From assembly GCF_009834535.1 (NCBI RefSeq), contig NC_045704.1, forward strand, positions 34,100,001 through 34,164,000: a DNA stretch of 64,000 bases, given 5' to 3'. The translations under genes were made by a program, and so were the position numbers. Source of the DNA: Camelus ferus. Its lineage: Eukaryota. The notes under the pieces are model-generated. The model did not search any database, was not told the DNA's origin, and saw nothing but the letters and a program-made list of their open reading frames with translations. Shown here one piece after another: positions 59,989 to 64,000 of this stretch. Positions within the stretch are counted from its first letter, which is position 1. Each line of letters opens with the position of its first letter.

Positions 59989-60519
59989 GCCTACCTTTGC
60001 CTTGCCTTCAAGGAGTGGGGGTGTGAGCTGATCTGGGAGGGGAGAAGTCAGCGCGGTCTGGATTAAGAAGTTTCTCCCCTGTGACACCAGGAAAAATGGC
60101 TCTCCTGGTGCCATCTTCCCAGAATGCTTGTTCCTCCATCCTCAGAAAAGATCCACTTGGAGAATCTCCCCAAATAACATGGCAGGAAATGAAGCCCAGA
60201 AGTCTGAGTCTTCATAGACGGAGGTAAAAGTCATTCATAAATATATAGGTGCTTATTGAATTACTGAATGAAAGAGTCTGTGTACGTATGTGCCTATACA
60301 TCGCTCTCTGTAATGGAAGTAGCAGCTCTTGTTACTTGCTTTATACCAGCCCTTGTTCCAGGCGCTTCACAGCTGTCAGCTTAGTTGAGCCCCACACCAG
60401 CCCGGGGAGGTGAGTTAATAACATTGTAGCTATCAAAGGCATTCTTGCAAAGCCTCCCAAGATCGCAGGTCTTGGAAAGGAATCATGAGAGAAGAATGGG
60501 AAAAGCTGATGGCAGCCTC

Positions 60520-60700
60520 AAAAGGTAACATTTTGTTGAGTTCCTACTCAATGCCAGGCATTGGCCGCATCACAGTTAATTCTCAAGTCACAACCGTGGA
60601 ACTGATACTGCTATCATTCCCGCGTTACAAGAACTGACAATATGGACACTGAAGCACACACAGGGGCGATGCGGAGGACATGCAGGTACCACGAGAGGTA
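60520..60700 (-). mobile_element. MIR fragment
   Basis: aacattttgttgagttcctactcaatgccaggc...gttaattctc...ctatcattcccgcgttacaa. Confidence 0.6.
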
Positions 60701-60970
60701 CCAAACACATCAGTTCCGTCAGGAGTGCAACTCCACAGCTGTATCCCGACTCCCACCCTGCCTTGCCGGCTCCGCTGCCTGTGGCCTGACCTGTCGTGTG
60801 GCGTGGGTGTGGTGTAGGGCTCCTGCGTTAGGCTTCAGCAGAGGTGCATCTGCGCCTCTGCCCTGCTGTGCAGCCGTGGGCAAGTCACTTCACCTCTCTG
60901 GGCCCCAGTCTTTTCAGCTGAAACAAAAGAAAGGAAAAGAGGGAGAGAGAGGGAAATAATGTGTATCTTT

Positions 60971-61096
60971 TTGGAGGGGGAGGTAATTACGTTTATTTAC
61001 TTTTGTTTTTTTAATGAAGGTACTGGGGATTGAACTCAGGACCTCGTGCGTACTAGGCACGAGTGCATACCACTGAGCTATACCACCCCCGCCCCG
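60971..61096 (-). mobile_element. tRNA-derived SINE (camelid vic-1-like), more diverged copy
   Basis: ggtactggggattgaactcaggacctcgtgcgtactaggcacg...ccactgagctataccacccc; TSD taatgtgtatcttt (60957-60970) / taatatgtattttt (61097-61110). Confidence 0.88.
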
Positions 61097-61909
61097 TAAT
61101 ATGTATTTTTTGTGGTCTTTCCCTTTTATAAGGTTTTCTTGGAATAAATTTTTCCTTCTTTATTTGTGTGTTGAAAGTCATTGAGCATCTGTCTCACTTT
61201 CTATTCCTTTGCTTTGGGTTAATTACACTCTCTTTGTCCGTCTCTCTCTTGGAATCCAGCTTTCTCTCTCTGAATCTCTGAGAGTCTCCCTCCCTCCCTC
61301 TCTCTTGGTTGGCGTGTGGGAGATTTTCTTTGAGTCCCTGAAGGCAGCCTTCACTCTGCCTTTGTTGGAAGGAGTGGAACTTCAAGGTAAGGGAGGGGAG
61401 ACACATTTTGGGATGAAGCCATTCTCCAGCGAGGGCGAGCCCGAAGCCTCCACCGCCATTCCAGCTGCCCCTCTCCTGCCTTCCGTTTGAAACACCCATT
61501 CCACCAGACTGACTTGCTTCAGGAACCTTCTGGAATGTGAAGGAACCACCCTGGACCCCTTCCTCTGGTTGATTTAGAACAGACTTGCCCGCGTAGAGAT
61601 TCCCCGGGATGCCCTCCTTCCCTCCGGGAATTTTCCAGAGTACATTTGTCTCCCTCTGTGAGATGAGCAGGATTTCCTGCACTCCAGTCCAAGTTATGAA
61701 TGCCCAGAATACGACACCATTTTAAATCTCATCAATCTTGCATCCCAGTCCCTAGAAAAAATGGCAGTGGACCAGGCATAGATATTCACTTAAGGTTGCG
61801 TGATCCCCGTGATGCTTTTGGGAAAAGGACCTATCGGCTCCCTACTCAGAGAATCCGGAGATGGACTGGAGTTTCCCATTTTGCTCCTAGTCCTTTCGGA
61901 TCAATAGAT

Positions 61910-62050
61910 TCTAGGCTGACCTGGCCACTCTCTTGCCCTGTGACGTTGAGGCATTCTCTTTCCTTGGCTGAGCCCTGGTTTGTTCACCTGTAAAATGAGG
62001 AAGTGGAACCTGAGCCTCCCGAAGCCTTCTTCTAGCTCTAGCATCTTATT
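61910..62050 (+). mobile_element. MIR fragment
   Basis: gctgagccctggtttgttcacctgtaaaatgagg...gccttcttctagctctagcatc. Confidence 0.7.
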
Positions 62051-62079
62051 CCAAATCTTCCTTCATATACTCTGTACAG

Positions 62080-62620
62080 ATTTACTTGGCGCCTACTGAG
62101 TCAGGCGTGGTAGGCACTGGAAATTCAGCAGTGAAGAAGGATGATATTGTCTCAGCCCCATGGAACTAAGGAAAACCTAAAAGGCTACAAAGATTGCTGG
62201 GGGACAAGGAGAGTAAGAAGGAAGGAGGACCAGAGAGGAGAGTTTATGGGGAGGCGATTTCAGATCCATCGTAAGATGGACCTCTCAACAGAGGAGCCAT
62301 CCCAGGGAGGCGAGAGTCCACACGAGGAGTTCAAGGGCCTCAGAATGACAGCTCCACAGACTTGTGCGAGTGGTTGTTCCCCGGGGAGGCTATGTGAGCA
62401 CTGACCAGCGGAAGGGCATGGAAGGGCTGTTTTGGCACAAGGAAAAGCGGACACAAAAGCTGGAAGGCTGAAGCTCGACCCTGCGGGACCTGCAGGCACT
62501 GTTGGATTCCATCCGAGGCTGATGGAGTGCCACTGAAGAGTTTCAAGCAGGGCAGTGATGTGCTTGGAGTTTTGGAAAGTCATGTCGACTGCAGAGAGGT
62601 GGGTGAGTGGGAGGGAGAAA
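62080..62620 (-). mobile_element. L2 LINE
   Basis: ttacttggcgcctactgagtcaggcgtgg...gagtgccactgaagagtttcaagcagggcagtgatgtg...tttggaaag. Confidence 0.7.
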
Positions 62621-62679
62621 GTCTGGAGCAGGAAGCCTAGTCTTTAAGAGGCTGTCAGGGTGGTCGGGGTGAGAGATGT

Positions 62680-62965
62680 CACTGTATTTTCTCACAGTTC
62701 TGGAGGCTGGAAGTTCAAGATCAAGGTCCTGGCAGGGCTGGTTTCTGGCTTGTAGATGCTGCCTTCCCACTGTGTCCTCATGTGACCTTTTCTCCACGAT
62801 CTTATCTCTGGAGAGCAATCTCGGGTCTCCTTTTTCCTATAAGGACACCAATCCTATCTGATTACGACCCCATCCTTATGGCTCCATGTAACAATTACCT
62901 CCTTAAATGGTCCTAACATCGACATATGAATTTGGGGAGAGGGAGATATAATTCACCTATAACAT
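62680..62965 (-). mobile_element. MLT1A/B-like LTR
   Basis: ttctcacagttctggaggctggaagttcaagatcaaggtcctggcagggctgg...tataaggacaccaatcc...catatgaatttggggagag...tataaca. Confidence 0.88.
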
Positions 62966-63492
62966 TCTGCATGTCCCCTGGAGTGCCAGACATTAACCCA
63001 TTAGTTGCTGGGTCCTGAGGACAACTGGGGAAGGCACCGAGTGGGCACAGGCACTTGGACCGAGACCATTTACCTACTGGTGTGGAAGTGTTTAAATTTC
63101 TAACAACTGGTGAGTCTTCAGCTGCACAACCCAGATCAATGCCAGCCCTGTGTGGCTGCGTGGAACAGGGTGGAAGAGTGTGGGACGAGTCGTGCCAAGA
63201 ACGCCAGGAACAAGAGCTTTCAGAACAAAAAATCAATTAGGTGGGGGTTGATGGCATTGGGAGAGGTCTTTAAAACACAGATTAAATGTTTGCTTTTAAG
63301 AGTAGTGGAGCTTAGTACATGGTCCACGGCTGCCTTTTAAGAGAGTAACTTGGCGCTTTTTTTCTTTTCCCTTGGACTAAATATCTGTCTTGATGAGCAT
63401 AAAGGGAGTAACTGCATCGAACATCAAAGCCCTCATTACTAACCAGAGGGAGGCCCTTCCCTCCGCTCTCCCGCTCTCATAAGCCCAACCTT

Positions 63493-63656
63493 NNNNNNNN
63501 NNNNNNNNNNNNNNNNNNNNNNNNNNNNNNNNNNNNNNNNNNNNNNNNNNNNNNNNNNNNNNNNNNNNNNNNNNNNNNNNNNNNNNNNNNNNNNNNNNNN
63601 NNNNNNNNNNNNNNNNNNNNNNNNNNNNNNNNNNNNNNNNNNNNNNNNNNNNNNNN
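63493..63656. other. N-block (164 nt)
   Basis: Run of N. Confidence 0.99.
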
Positions 63657-64000
63657 CTGAATACGAATTTAGAGGCGATGGTAAATTGCAAGGCACATTT
63701 CTTTCAAGCATTGGCGGGCTGCTCCTCTAACGCCCAGACCCGCGGGACAGAAATCAACAGCACTGGTGCGCTTTGTGGCTGTGGGAGGAGGTGGGAGAGA
63801 TGTGTTTCCCACCATCTCTTCACCCCACGACCACCCCCCGCCCCCCCCCACCGCCCCCAAGCCTGGGGAGGTTCTTTGGCAGGAGAAGCCGGGGCTGCCT
63901 GCCCCTCTCTGTTTTCAAACATGCTCGCATCTCCTGGAGAGTTCTCCCGCCCTCCTGATGGAGCAGACAGGGCACCTGGGCATCGCCTCAGAATTAATGA

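Noticed and set aside
9585-63656. N-blocks as precisely masked coding exons
   Set aside because: Block edges do not coincide with AG/GT (or AC/CT on the minus strand) for any block; only 47844-48095 has splice signals close by.
1-64000. The ORFs of 60-250 aa in the six-frame track as protein-coding genes
   Set aside because: None shows a recognisable domain. Many start at alternative codons, run through microsatellites or overlap MIR/L2/LTR sequence, and their lengths fit chance ORFs in roughly 50% GC DNA.
1-64000. Naming the neighbouring gene or chromosome
   Set aside because: The repeat composition and island density fit several developmental gene deserts, and nothing in the sequence let me discriminate between them without a search.

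Overview
This is 64 kb of non-coding mammalian (eutherian) DNA with no supportable protein-coding gene, tRNA, rRNA or CRISPR array. Three copies of a tRNA-derived SINE resembling the camelid vic-1 type, plus cetartiodactyl-type L1 3' ends, point to a camelid genome; this is inferred from remembered consensus sequences, not from a database search. A large part of the window is ancient eutherian repeats (about 30 MIR fragments, L2, MLT1/ERVL LTRs, L1M fragments, MER5/MER20). A few younger insertions carry readable target-site duplications (TSDs): two 5'-inverted (twin-primed) L1s, an L1 with an apparent short 3' transduction, a solo ERV LTR splitting a MIR, and SINEs. Between the repeats are repeat-free stretches rich in homeobox, FOX, SOX and TCF motifs, typical of a gene desert or large intron near a developmental regulator; I could not identify the locus. 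Ten N-blocks (132-252 nt) hide sequence. Nine of them lie inside these enhancer-like islands, and one is flanked by a strong 3' splice site and a 5' splice site. I found no evidence of a new coding system. Repeat family names and most repeat boundaries are by-eye estimates (about +/-20-30 nt); TSD and motif coordinates were counted from the sequence.
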